Shown: positions 10,324-19,857 of the stretch, piece after piece
How the letters are laid out: each line of letters opens with the position of its first letter
Numbering within the stretch: the first letter of the stretch is position 1
DNA from: Candidatus Multivoradales bacterium
Lineage (GTDB): Bacteria > Acidobacteriota > Thermoanaerobaculia > Multivoradales > Multivoraceae
DNA length: 64,000 nucleotides
Assembly: GCA_965223325.1 (NCBI GenBank)
Contig: CBDCWI010000002.1
Coordinates: 1,984,001 to 2,048,000 of the forward strand
Direction: 5' to 3'
Made by a program: the position numbers and the translations under genes
The notes under the pieces: model-generated
What the model was told of the DNA's origin: nothing
Database searches by the model: none
The model's input: the letters and a program-made list of their open reading frames with translations, nothing else

Positions 10324-13300
10324 TCAGTTGTACTTCTGCCCGCGCTCGATCCAGCGCTCGATGTCCTTGGCCGAGCGGTCTTTCGGCACGCCGGGATGGA
10401 TAATGCCGGCGGTGCAGCGCTCGGCAGCCTTGACGAGGTCCTGGTAGGGACCGGCCTCTGCATCGGCGATGTAGGCCTTGCGCTTGTCGTTGTAGACGAA
10501 AATCTTCGAGTTGATGTGGATGCACTCGTCGCAGGTGGTGCACAGGTCGGTGTCGATCCATGGCGCCACGGCAGGTGGGGCGCCATCCTCGCCGGCTGGC
10601 GGTTCGGCGCCTGCGTTCCCCCCGTTGGCGGCAATCTCTCCTCCCGAGCTCGAGGCCACCACCGGCAGCTCCACCGGCTCGGCCGACAAGAGGTCGGCTA
10701 CCTGATCTCCCTCGCCGACGGCAATTCGCACCAGGTTGCGCGTGATGGTCGAGATGACCTCGCCGCGCACCTTCGCTTCGACCTCAGGTAGCGAGATCTC
10801 TTCCCGATCCAACCCAGCCAGGGCGCGCAACATGGTCCAGAACTGCCGGCGGTCTTCGCACGACCGCACCATGGTGTGGTCGACCAGCAAACGGCTGAGT
10901 CGCTCTTCGCGATCCACCGTCCAGATGAACGGGTAGCGATCCTCGCGCTCCCTCTCATCGAGCTCGAGGAACTCGTCGAGAGGCACCATTTGATCGTTCC
11001 ATGTGTCGGGCGGCGCCTTGCGGAAGTGCTTTCGGAAGCGAACCTCGGTAATCGCGAAGTCGGCGAAGGTCATAGGCAGCTCCATCTCCTTCTCGATGCC
11101 GGACTCGCGGTAGGCCAGTCTGTAGGTCGGCCAGTCCTGGTCGATCGCTGGGTTGCCTTCGAGGTCGAAGCACTCGCGTGGCGTGATGCCGCGGTCGGGG
11201 TCGTAGCGGAAGAGGGGATAGGCACGCGACTCGACCGCCAGCTTTGCCTGGTGGGTGCTCATGTCGTCGCCGATGCCGTGCTCCGGCTGGCAGGCGGTGT
11301 ACAAGTTGAACAGCGCCGGTCGGCGCGCCTTGAGGCCGTGGATGAAGCCCTCGATCATGTGCGACGGGTTGGCCGCGGTGGCCTGCATGACGTAGGTCGT
11401 GCGGTGCGCCATGCCGATCAGGCCAATCTCCTTTCGCTGCTCCTCCTTGCCCCGGCTGACGCGCCCGAACTGCGCCATGTCAGAGACCTGGCCGAGGAAG
11501 CCCGAGGTGCAGGCCTGGCCGCCGGTGTTCGAGTAGACCTGCGTGTCCACCACCACGATCTTGATTGGCTTGCCCGACATCATGGCGCGCGACAAGTTCT
11601 GGAACCCGATGTCGTACATGGCACCGTCGCCGCCAACCGCCACCACCGGCGGGCACAATTCCCACTCCTCGTCGGTGAAGTCCTGCCAAGTGAGGTAGGC
11701 CATCTGCTCGTCGTGCTCGGCCGGCTTGTAGCGCCCCGCAATCTCGAGCTCGGCCAGGCGGATGGCCTTGAAGCCTTCGGCCATCTTGGCCATGTGACCT
11801 TCGAAAATGCCGAGTGCCATCGACGCCGAGTCCTGGAACAGGTGGTTGGTCCAGGGGAAGGGGTAGGGGTTGAAGGGATAGGTGCTGCCCCACACCGAAG
11901 TGCAACCGGTGGCATTGACCATGCCCATCGACGTGCGGCCCTTGCCGCTGGCACCCCGCTCGTAGCGCCAGAGCAGGTTCTTGAGCTTCGCCACCAGGCC
12001 GGTCGTGCGCCGCAGCCACTCCTGGTCGATCGGCTGCGCGCCTTCACGACCTGCGGCGTGTTCGGCGAGGTCGGCCAGCGTCAGGTCCTCGTCCTGGTGC
12101 GCGGCGGTAAAGCCGGCGATGTCGCTCGCGTCGGAGACGTCGAGCCCGCCCACGAGCTGGAGACGCACGTGCTGCTCGAGGCGCTCGATCAGGTCGTGCA
12201 GGTAGGCGGTGTGCTTCTTCACCCGCGGCTGCATCAGCGCCTCGACGGTGGCAGTGAAGAGGTGGATCACCGTCTTCTCGCCGCAGCCAAGGCAGGCACC
12301 GTCGCCACTGGTCAGGGAGAGGTAGTTGTTCTTGTCGAGCAGGATGGTCTCGAGCGCACCAATCGCCTCGTCGATGTCGTCGACGCGGATGTACTTCTGA
12401 GGTGTCGTCGGCAGATCGAGCCAGAAGTCCCAGTGCTGGCGCAAGGTCTCGATGCTGTCGTCGGTCTGGGTGACCCGGTGCAGTGCGTCGTCGTCGCACA
12501 CCTCGACGCACTCCATGCAGCCCTTGCAGGTGTAAGGGTTCACCGTTATCGAGAGCAGGCCGCCGTCGCCAGCCTGGCGCTGCTCGGGCACCGTGAAGTA
12601 GGGCCGAGAGAGAGCGAACTGGAAGTCTCCTAGTTCTTCCCGGAACCAGTCGAGTTCCCGTTCGAGAACTGTACGCTCGACCCCATTCCCGGAAGACCCA
12701 TTCCCGGTCATCTCATCGAGAGCCGCGGTAATCGCACCGTCCATCATCGCCGACACCGAGTCGGTCTCTTCAGCCTGCTGGAACAGACCGCGAAGATGGC
12801 GTTCGACGATGCGTGACGCCTTCGGCAGGTGTTCGACCTCGTGCCCCTGGTTGCGCACCCGCTTCACCACAGTGTCGATCACTTCGCCGACTTCGTTGAC
12901 GAGGCCGGGAATCGCGGTGTCGGGACAAACGGTGTAGCAGTCGCCACAGGCGGTGCAGTTCTCCGGAATCCACTGCGGATGCTCGAAGCGGATGCCGGTC
13001 ATGTCGCGGAACAGCGCCGATACCGCCGGGATCACTCCGAGGCCAATGAACGGGTCGGTCAGGTTGTCACTCCCCTGGCCGCGGACGTAGAAGCTGCCGG
13101 TCTGTTCCCAGAAGCGATGCACATCGGTGATTGGCGCCTGCCCTTGCGGCACCGACTCGAGCATCACCGGTAGCTGCGGGCCGCTGCCGTTTCCGTTCAC
13201 CGGTGCCGCTACCTCCTCGATCGAGTCGTAGGGCACCGGCTTCAGCTCTTCGAACCCACGCTTGACTACGCGCACGTTGTCTGCCACTACCCGCGCGCCC

Positions 13301-15369
13301 TTACTGCCAAACTTCTTCTGCAGCTGCGCCTCGATCGCCTGCAACAGGTGGCCCTCGTCGAGGCCCTCGTGCTCCATGACGTCGGAGGCCCGGAAGAAGG
13401 CACCTTGGAAGGCGTTGCCCTGCATGCGTAGCTGCAGGTCGGGGTCGGTTGCCTCGTCGCGTGCGATCTGAAAGGCATCGAGGTAATAGAGGCGGATCTC
13501 CTTGTCTTCGACGACTTTGCGGAAGCCGGTCGGAATCGAGTGCCAGACCGCCTCCGGCGAGCCGAGATCGCTCTGGATCACGAACACACCACCTCGTCTG
13601 AGGCCGGCGATGGCATTGCTATGGTGGAAGACGTTGGGGTCGGGAGAGAGCACCACGTCGACGTGGAAGTACTCGCAGTTGACCCGGATCGGCTCGGGCG
13701 CCGCCGAAAGGTAGTAGGTGGTCGGCTGCCCCTTCTTCTCGGAGCCGTACTTGGGATTGGCCTTGATGTGGTAGCCGAGCAGGTCGAAGAGCGTCATCGC
13801 CAGGTTCTTGCCGGTAGTGATCGCACCCCAGCCTCCGACAGAGTGGATGCGTACCGTGGTGCTGCCTTCGGGCATCAGGTTGGGGTTCTCACTGCCCTTG
13901 ATCGCCAGCTCACGCACGTGCCGATAGCTCTCTTCGATGGTCTGCTGGTAGATCTCCTGCTTGGGGGTCTTGGCCTGCTCGTGCAGGAAGTCGATCGACA
14001 GGTAGAAGTGTTTGCGGTGCGCGCCGTCGGGCAGCATGTTCTCGATCGCAGCGAGCAGACCCTCGGGCTGTAGGTCGCGACTGCCAAGACCGAAAGAGCC
14101 CGAGTAGAGCGCCGGCGCATCGCCAGGCCCCTGGTAGCTGGCGAGCTCAGGGTAGGGCAGCTCCTTCGCCTCCTGGCTGCGGCGTCCGAGTCGGCGCTTG
14201 CCGACGGGACCGGCGAAGCCGTTCTCGAGTGCCTTCGAGACAGTAGAGCGGACCTCCCGCATCAGCGGTAGATCGGCTGCCAGCGGCTGGTCGAGGCGCT
14301 CGAGAACCGCCACTCCTTTGCGCCCCTCGAGCGCGCGACTGAGCAGGTCGCTCGGGAACGGGCGGAACATCGCGAGCTCGACCACCCCCACCCGGAGCTT
14401 GCGCTCGCTCCTCAGGTAGTCGACCACCGCCTCGGCCGAAGGCAAGACGCTGCCCTGCCCGAGGATCAAGTACTCGGCATCGTCCACCCGGTAGGTCATG
14501 ACGCGCTCGTAACGACGACCAGTCAGGCGGTAGAACTCGTCCATCGCCTGGTCAGTGAGCTCGGCGATGTGGTCGAAGAAGAAGGGGCGCTGCGCCGCGA
14601 CGCTCTGCATGTAGGCGTCCTGGTTCTGCACGACGCCCGACATCACCGGGTTGTCGACGTCCCACAGCTCAGGGATCCGGCGCCGCTGGTCACCGTAGAG
14701 GATGCGCTGAGCCGGAGTCGGGGTGGCGATGATGTCGTCTGGTCGACCGAGGTACTCCTCGATCAGCTCGCGCTCCGGAACCATCATCGATTCGATCAGG
14801 TGGGTAGTCAGGAAACCGTCCTGGGCAACGATGCCCGGGTTGAGAGCGAGCTCGGCGACACGATGGGCGATCAGGTTGAAGTCGGCGGCCTGCTGGGCGT
14901 TCTTGGCAAACAGCTGGAAGAAGCCCGTGTCGTCGACGGCGTGGTAGTCGTCGTGGCCGGCGTGCACGTTGAGGGTGGCTTTGGTCATCGCGCGCGCGCC
15001 AACGTTGAGGACGTAGGTGAGGCGCTTGCCCACCGCCGCGTAAAGCGACTCGTGCATGTAGGCAATGCCCTGGCCCGAGGAGAAGTTGGCCGCCCGCAGA
15101 CCGGTCATCGACAGCCCCGCGGTCACCGCCGCCGCGGCGTGCTCGCCTTCCGGCTCGATGAAGATGAGCGGCCGTCCGGAAATGTTGAGGTGCCCGCTCG
15201 CTGCCGCCTCCGACCAGTACTCCCCCATCTGGGTGGAAGGAGTGATCGGATACGCCCCCGCAGCGTCGCTCGACTCGCGCTCGCAAAGGATCACAGCGGT
15301 GTTGCCATCCACCGCGGAGCGTTCGCCCGGGTACTTGAAGTTCGAGTTGTTGTTCTTCTTCTTCGACAT
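10324..15369 (-). CDS. nifJ: Single-chain pyruvate:ferredoxin/flavodoxin oxidoreductase with an extra C-terminal ferredoxin-like domain
   Basis: YPITPSTQMGE, CTACGDCYTVCP, CKGCMECVEVC, GACLGCGE, TPP motif GGDGAMYDIG...YSNTGGQ, and C-terminal CTTCDEC...CTAG. Start placed at ATG 15369 (MSKKKNN). Confidence 0.93.
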   Translation of the reverse strand: MSKKKNNNSNFKYPGERSAVDGNTAVILCERESSDAAGAYPITPSTQMGEYWSEAAASGHLNISGRPLIFIEPEGEHAAAAVTAGLSMTGLRAANFSSGQGIAYMHESLYAAVGKRLTYVLNVGARAMTKATLNVHAGHDDYHAVDDTGFFQLFAKNAQQAADFNLIAHRVAELALNPGIVAQDGFLTTHLIESMMVPERELIEEYLGRPDDIIATPTPAQRILYGDQRRRIPELWDVDNPVMSGVVQNQDAYMQSVAAQRPFFFDHIAELTDQAMDEFYRLTGRRYERVMTYRVDDAEYLILGQGSVLPSAEAVVDYLRSERKLRVGVVELAMFRPFPSDLLSRALEGRKGVAVLERLDQPLAADLPLMREVRSTVSKALENGFAGPVGKRRLGRRSQEAKELPYPELASYQGPGDAPALYSGSFGLGSRDLQPEGLLAAIENMLPDGAHRKHFYLSIDFLHEQAKTPKQEIYQQTIEESYRHVRELAIKGSENPNLMPEGSTTVRIHSVGGWGAITTGKNLAMTLFDLLGYHIKANPKYGSEKKGQPTTYYLSAAPEPIRVNCEYFHVDVVLSPDPNVFHHSNAIAGLRRGGVFVIQSDLGSPEAVWHSIPTGFRKVVEDKEIRLYYLDAFQIARDEATDPDLQLRMQGNAFQGAFFRASDVMEHEGLDEGHLLQAIEAQLQKKFGSKGARVVADNVRVVKRGFEELKPVPYDSIEEVAAPVNGNGSGPQLPVMLESVPQGQAPITDVHRFWEQTGSFYVRGQGSDNLTDPFIGLGVIPAVSALFRDMTGIRFEHPQWIPENCTACGDCYTVCPDTAIPGLVNEVGEVIDTVVKRVRNQGHEVEHLPKASRIVERHLRGLFQQAEETDSVSAMMDGAITAALDEMTGNGSSGNGVERTVLERELDWFREELGDFQFALSRPYFTVPEQRQAGDGGLLSITVNPYTCKGCMECVEVCDDDALHRVTQTDDSIETLRQHWDFWLDLPTTPQKYIRVDDIDEAIGALETILLDKNNYLSLTSGDGACLGCGEKTVIHLFTATVEALMQPRVKKHTAYLHDLIERLEQHVRLQLVGGLDVSDASDIAGFTAAHQDEDLTLADLAEHAAGREGAQPIDQEWLRRTTGLVAKLKNLLWRYERGASGKGRTSMGMVNATGCTSVWGSTYPFNPYPFPWTNHLFQDSASMALGIFEGHMAKMAEGFKAIRLAELEIAGRYKPAEHDEQMAYLTWQDFTDEEWELCPPVVAVGGDGAMYDIGFQNLSRAMMSGKPIKIVVVDTQVYSNTGGQACTSGFLGQVSDMAQFGRVSRGKEEQRKEIGLIGMAHRTTYVMQATAANPSHMIEGFIHGLKARRPALFNLYTACQPEHGIGDDMSTHQAKLAVESRAYPLFRYDPDRGITPRECFDLEGNPAIDQDWPTYRLAYRESGIEKEMELPMTFADFAITEVRFRKHFRKAPPDTWNDQMVPLDEFLELDEREREDRYPFIWTVDREERLSRLLVDHTMVRSCEDRRQFWTMLRALAGLDREEISLPEVEAKVRGEVISTITRNLVRIAVGEGDQVADLLSAEPVELPVVASSSGGEIAANGGNAGAEPPAGEDGAPPAVAPWIDTDLCTTCDECIHINSKIFVYNDKRKAYIADAEAGPYQDLVKAAERCTAGIIHPGVPKDRSAKDIERWIERGQKYN

Positions 15370-15413
15370 CCTCACCCCAAAACGCTGTTCGAACTCAGCG
15401 ACCGATACTGCAC

Positions 15414-16277
15414 TCAGGTCGGCGCGACGGGCGCAGTACCCTGACGGACGACCTTGTGAGCCGCCGCACCCTTGATGACGGTTCCGTCCGGCTCCAGCCA
15501 GACGATGGCGCCAGTCGGACAGCGCGCGATTGGATCGCGAGTCGCGTGATCGCGGCGGTAGTCGACGACCGGTAGGTTGTTGCTCATTGTGATCAGCCCG
15601 GGAGCGTCCATGGCGCAGCGGGCGCAGGCCGTGCAGCCCACCTCGCAGTCCTCGAGGAGATCGTCGCCCGCCTCGAGCGAGCGGCACGCCACCCAGAGCC
15701 GGTGGCTCACCGCGTGCAGCGAGAATAGGTTCTTGGGGCAGGCCTCCACACAGTCGCCGCACGCTGTGCAGAGATCCTCGTTGACCACAGGGAGCCGATG
15801 GCGATTCATCTCGATGGCGCCGAAGTCGCATGACACCTCGCAGTCACCGATGCCGAGGCAGCCCCAGAAGCACCCCTTCCCACCGCCGGCAACCAACGTC
15901 GCCGCCGAGCAGCTCTCGACTCCACGGTAGACGGCGTGCATGCGGGCAACGTTGGCGCCGCCGGCGCAAGCCAGGCGAGCAACGCACTTCTCTTCGTTGC
16001 CCACGTCGACCCCGAGGTAGCGCGCGATGCGCTGGCGAGCCGACTCCGAGCTCACGGTGCACTTGCCGGGCAGCACGTCGCCGCGCACCAACGCCTCAGC
16101 GAACGGCGCACAACCGGGATAACCGCAGCCTCCGCAGTTGGTCTGGGGCAGCAGGTCTTCCACCTCCCGAATGCGCGGGTCCTCCGCCACCGCCAGCCGA
16201 CGATCGGCCAGCACCAGGAGCGAAGCCAAGAGGAGCGTCAGCCCGCCCAGGGTCGCAACGGCGGTGGTCAGGAGCAT
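15414..16277 (-). CDS. rnfB: Rnf complex subunit B
   Basis: N-terminal TM, LLPQTNCGGCGYPGC, CLGIGDCEVSCDF, CTACGDCVEACP and a further ferredoxin motif. ATG at 16277. Confidence 0.94.
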   Translation of the reverse strand: MLLTTAVATLGGLTLLLASLLVLADRRLAVAEDPRIREVEDLLPQTNCGGCGYPGCAPFAEALVRGDVLPGKCTVSSESARQRIARYLGVDVGNEEKCVARLACAGGANVARMHAVYRGVESCSAATLVAGGGKGCFWGCLGIGDCEVSCDFGAIEMNRHRLPVVNEDLCTACGDCVEACPKNLFSLHAVSHRLWVACRSLEAGDDLLEDCEVGCTACARCAMDAPGLITMSNNLPVVDYRRDHATRDPIARCPTGAIVWLEPDGTVIKGAAAHKVVRQGTAPVAPT

Positions 16278-16417
16278 GAAGAACGTCCTCCAGAAACGAG
16301 ATTGCCGCGGAACCACGAAAGCAGAGTGGCCCGTCGAGTTGGGGCGGGCCACCGAAGCAACGACTCGAGAATAGCCGTTCTCGGAGAAACTGTAGGTGCG
16401 TGGTCACAGCACCAAAC

Positions 16418-16433
16418 CTAGGGAAAACCCTAG
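16418..16433. promoter_or_regulatory. Palindromic operator-like site in the divergent rnfB/hemerythrin promoter region
   Basis: CTAGGG-AAAA-CCCTAG, perfect 6-bp arms, in the intergenic region between the two divergent operons. Confidence 0.5.
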
Positions 16434-16515
16434 ATAGCCAGCCATTTCAAATTCTTTCAGCATTGGAGGATCGGCTCGGGCAGGAGCCGTAACCTGTCGA
16501 TTCGCAGGAGGAACC

Positions 16516-16932
16516 ATGACGGACTCGAAGAAGCTCCATCGCGAGATCCAAGAAGAGCACGACGCGATCCAGACATTGGTTCGACAGTTGTCCAAGGAAG
16601 TCGAGACGCCGGCCATCGAGAGTGAGTTGCGGGAGTTGGCCGGCCTGCTCGACACACACTTCGGCCGCGAGGAAGCCCCGAAGGGTCTTCACGACTCGAT
16701 CGGCGACCGTGCTCTCAACCTCTTGCCGCACGTCGAGAAGCTATCTACCCAGCATCGGGAGATCGCCGGGAACCTGCAGAGCCTGCTCGACCAGTGTGCG
16801 CGGCACACGCGCATGGCTGAAGAGATCCGACAGGGCGCGCGTGGTCTGGTCGAGCAGTTGAAGAAGCACGAGGCCGATGAGAACGATCTGCTCGGTCACG
16901 CCTTCTACGACACCCTCGGAGTCGGCGACTGA
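16516..16932 (+). CDS. Hemerythrin/HHE domain protein
   Basis: H...HFGREE...H...HEADE metal-ligand pattern, with an AGGAGG RBS upstream. Confidence 0.8.
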   Translation: MTDSKKLHREIQEEHDAIQTLVRQLSKEVETPAIESELRELAGLLDTHFGREEAPKGLHDSIGDRALNLLPHVEKLSTQHREIAGNLQSLLDQCARHTRMAEEIRQGARGLVEQLKKHEADENDLLGHAFYDTLGVGD

Positions 16933-17003
16933 GAGCCTTGCTCTCCTCTTTCGCTTCTGAAGCTCCCCTTCTCTGAGATCTCGTTGCCTGGTGCCGACCC
17001 GCT

Positions 17004-18902
17004 ATGACCGAGGCACCTGCACCGAAAGCGCCCAATCTGTCCGATCGGCAGCCGGTCGGTGAGCGAGTTGCCATCGATGAGCACATCGTCGAGATCGTCA
17101 GCGACTCCGGGGAGGGCGCACAGAAGGCAGGCCAGACCATGGGCACGGTCAGCGCCCGCATGGGCAACGGCGTCTGGACAGTCGAGATCATCCCAGCCGA
17201 GATCAAGCCGCCGGCACGCTCACGCGCGGGGGCCAGCGGCATCCGAGTCCGAATCGGCAGCCGCGAGATCAACAACGTCGGCGACCGCGCCGACCTGGTG
17301 GTCGCCTTCAACGAGCAGGTGCTCTACGGCCGCGTCGAAGCGGGAGCCTACGGCCCGAAGACGATCGTCCTGCTTGAGAGCTCCTGGGCTGAGCATCCGG
17401 ACGAGGCCATCCGGGAGCAGTACCGCCAGGCGCTCAAGGACTTCAGCCAGGTCGGGCTCAACATCATCGAACTGCCGATCGAAGCGACGTGCCGTACGGT
17501 CTTTAAGAAGCCTCCGGTCGGCAGGCTCCTGGGCAAGAACATGTTCGTGGTCGGCATGCTCGCCCACATCTACGACCGTGACCGTGACGAGATCAAGAAC
17601 GAGATCGAGCTTTTGTTCAAGAAGCGCGGCCAGGAGGTCGTCGACCTCAACCACGAGCTGGTCGACGCCGGTTGGCAGTTTGCGCGCGACAGCGTCAACC
17701 TGCGCTTCGAGATCGGACCGCTAGCCGACAGTGGTGAGCGTGTGGTCATGAACGGCAACCAGGCGGTTGGCCTCGGGGTGCTCGCCGCCGGAATTGAAGT
17801 CGTGGCGATGTACCCGATCACCCCAGCGACCTCGGTGTCGCACTACCTCGCTGCCGCCCTGCCCCGTACCGGAGGCATCGTGCATCAGGCGGAAGACGAG
17901 ATCGCAGCGATCGGCTTCGCGATCGGCGCCAGCTATGCCGGCAAGACAGCCTGTACCATCACCTCAGGGCCCGGTCTGGCCCTCAAGACCGAGTTCCTTG
18001 GTCTGGCGGTGATGGCCGAGATTCCGTTGGTCGTCGTGCTGGTGCAACGCGGCGGACCGTCCACGGGTCTGCCAACCAAAGTCGAGCAGGGAGACCTACT
18101 CGCGGTCCTCTACGGCACGCCAGGAGATGCTCCCAAGGTGGTGCTGGCGCCGTCGACCATCGAAGAGTGCTTCCACTTCGTGGTTCTGGCTCGCAAGCTG
18201 GCCGAAGACCTCCGAGCGCCGATCTTCCTGCTCACCGACGCAAACCTCGCCACCGGGGTGCAACCGTTTCCACGCCCTCAGTTCGATCCGGACTGGCTGG
18301 CGCCACCGCTCGATCAGAGTCCCTGGCCGGACGACAAACCGGCCTACGACTGGGATTCGGCCACCGGCCTGTCGCGTCGGCCGATCCCCGGCCAGCGTGG
18401 CGGCGAGTACGTCGTCACGGGCCTGGCGCACACCAACCAGGCCAAGGTGGTCTACGACTCGCACTCCAACCAGCAAGCCTGCGAGCATCGTAGCCGCAAG
18501 CTCGCTACCCTGGCTTCGACCCTCAAGCCGCCCGAGGTCTACGGCGACGACGAGGGCGACCTTCTCCTCGTGGGCTGGGGCTCGACGCGCGGTTCGATCG
18601 AAGAGGCGGTCGGCCGCCTGCGAGAGCGCGGACACCGCGTCTCGGCCATCCACCTGCGCTTCCTGTCGCCGCTCGAACCCGGGCTCGACGAGATCTTCCA
18701 GCGCTTCGGTCGCGTCATGACGATCGAGCTCAACTACTCCGACCCCACCGACCTCGAGCCGAGGACTTCTCGGCGCATGAGTCAGCTCGCCACGCTGCTG
18801 CGCGCGACATCCCTCCACGATATCGAGTGCTGGTCCCGGGTTTCCGGCCAACCCCTGCCTCCGGGCGACCTAGTGAGAGAAGTGGAACGATGTTTGACGT
18901 GA
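17004..18902 (+). CDS. korA: 2-oxoacid:ferredoxin oxidoreductase alpha subunit (gamma-alpha fusion)
   Basis: SDSGEG, MNGNQA, YPITPAT, QAEDEIAA, TSGPG, QRGGPSTGLPTK and GWGST motifs. Confidence 0.93.
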   Translation: MTEAPAPKAPNLSDRQPVGERVAIDEHIVEIVSDSGEGAQKAGQTMGTVSARMGNGVWTVEIIPAEIKPPARSRAGASGIRVRIGSREINNVGDRADLVVAFNEQVLYGRVEAGAYGPKTIVLLESSWAEHPDEAIREQYRQALKDFSQVGLNIIELPIEATCRTVFKKPPVGRLLGKNMFVVGMLAHIYDRDRDEIKNEIELLFKKRGQEVVDLNHELVDAGWQFARDSVNLRFEIGPLADSGERVVMNGNQAVGLGVLAAGIEVVAMYPITPATSVSHYLAAALPRTGGIVHQAEDEIAAIGFAIGASYAGKTACTITSGPGLALKTEFLGLAVMAEIPLVVVLVQRGGPSTGLPTKVEQGDLLAVLYGTPGDAPKVVLAPSTIEECFHFVVLARKLAEDLRAPIFLLTDANLATGVQPFPRPQFDPDWLAPPLDQSPWPDDKPAYDWDSATGLSRRPIPGQRGGEYVVTGLAHTNQAKVVYDSHSNQQACEHRSRKLATLASTLKPPEVYGDDEGDLLLVGWGSTRGSIEEAVGRLRERGHRVSAIHLRFLSPLEPGLDEIFQRFGRVMTIELNYSDPTDLEPRTSRRMSQLATLLRATSLHDIECWSRVSGQPLPPGDLVREVERCLT

Positions 18903-19840
18903 AAGACGACTGGGCCCTCGAGCTTCCTGAGCGCTACTTCACTTTAGAGAACTACGAAGGCGGCATCGCACGCTGGTGTCCCGGCTGCGGCGACCACGGC
19001 ATCCTGGCAGCGGTCAAGAGAATCTGCGCCGAAGAGCAGATCCCATCTGAGCGTGTGGTGGCCATTTCCGGCATCGGGTGCGCCAGTCGCTTTCCGCACT
19101 ACATGCACGCCTACGGGTTTCACGGCCTGCACGGCCGAGCGTTGCCTGTGGCCTGCGGCGTCAAAGCCAGGCGCCCGGACCTGAAAGTATGGGTCGCCAC
19201 TGGAGACGGCGACTGCTGCTCGATCGGCGCCGGCCACTGGCTGCACGCCATCCGCTTCAACATGGACATGACCGTCATGCTGTTCGACAACAACATCTAC
19301 GGCTTGACCAAGAAGCAAACGTCACCCACCACCCCGGTGGGAACCGTCACCAACACCAGCCCGGAGGGTGCCTGGCTGCCGCCACTCAACGTGCTCGAGA
19401 ACGTGCTCGGTTTCACCAATGTCTCCTTCGTAGCGCGTACCGTCGACTGGAACGCCAACCACCTCCACGACACCCTGCGGCGTGCCTACGACCACGAGGG
19501 ATTGAGCTTCGTCCACATCCTGCAACGCTGCCCGACCTACACCGAGCACATCTTCGATGACTGGCGCAACAACCCGGATCGCGTCCTGCTGCTCGAGCAC
19601 GAGGACGGCGTGCCGATCGCCGAGAGCGTGGGCAAGATCTTCAGCCAGCGCCAAGCACACGATCCGCAAGATCTACAGGCGGCACGCCAACTGGCGGTGG
19701 CAGACGATCTGGCCCTCGGCCTCTTCTACTGCAATCCAGAGGCACCTCGCTACGAGAGCTTCACCAACCATGGGCTCGAGATGAGCCGCGAGCAGCGGTG
19801 GTCTGCGATCGCCGAAGAGCTCGATCGCTTCACGATCTGA
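18890..19840 (+). CDS. korB: 2-oxoacid:ferredoxin oxidoreductase beta subunit
   Basis: WCPGCGD, SGIGC, HGRALP, GDGD...NNIYGLTKKQTSPT and QRCPTY motifs. ATG at 18890 overlaps the end of korA. Confidence 0.93.
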   Translation: MFDVKDDWALELPERYFTLENYEGGIARWCPGCGDHGILAAVKRICAEEQIPSERVVAISGIGCASRFPHYMHAYGFHGLHGRALPVACGVKARRPDLKVWVATGDGDCCSIGAGHWLHAIRFNMDMTVMLFDNNIYGLTKKQTSPTTPVGTVTNTSPEGAWLPPLNVLENVLGFTNVSFVARTVDWNANHLHDTLRRAYDHEGLSFVHILQRCPTYTEHIFDDWRNNPDRVLLLEHEDGVPIAESVGKIFSQRQAHDPQDLQAARQLAVADDLALGLFYCNPEAPRYESFTNHGLEMSREQRWSAIAEELDRFTI

Positions 19841-19857
19841 GAGGACCTGGGCAACCG

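Noticed and set aside
7205-10634. Apparent long N-terminal extensions or fusions of RnfG, RnfD and RnfC (also PFOR, ADH and the citryl-CoA lyase-like protein)
   Set aside because: The extensions overlap upstream genes in other frames. Internal starts coupled to upstream stops or RBSs fit better.
10876-12633. Long antisense ORFs (also 46987-48312, 25102-26160, 8976-10097)
   Set aside because: Shadow ORFs opposite well-supported genes, expected from high-GC codon bias.
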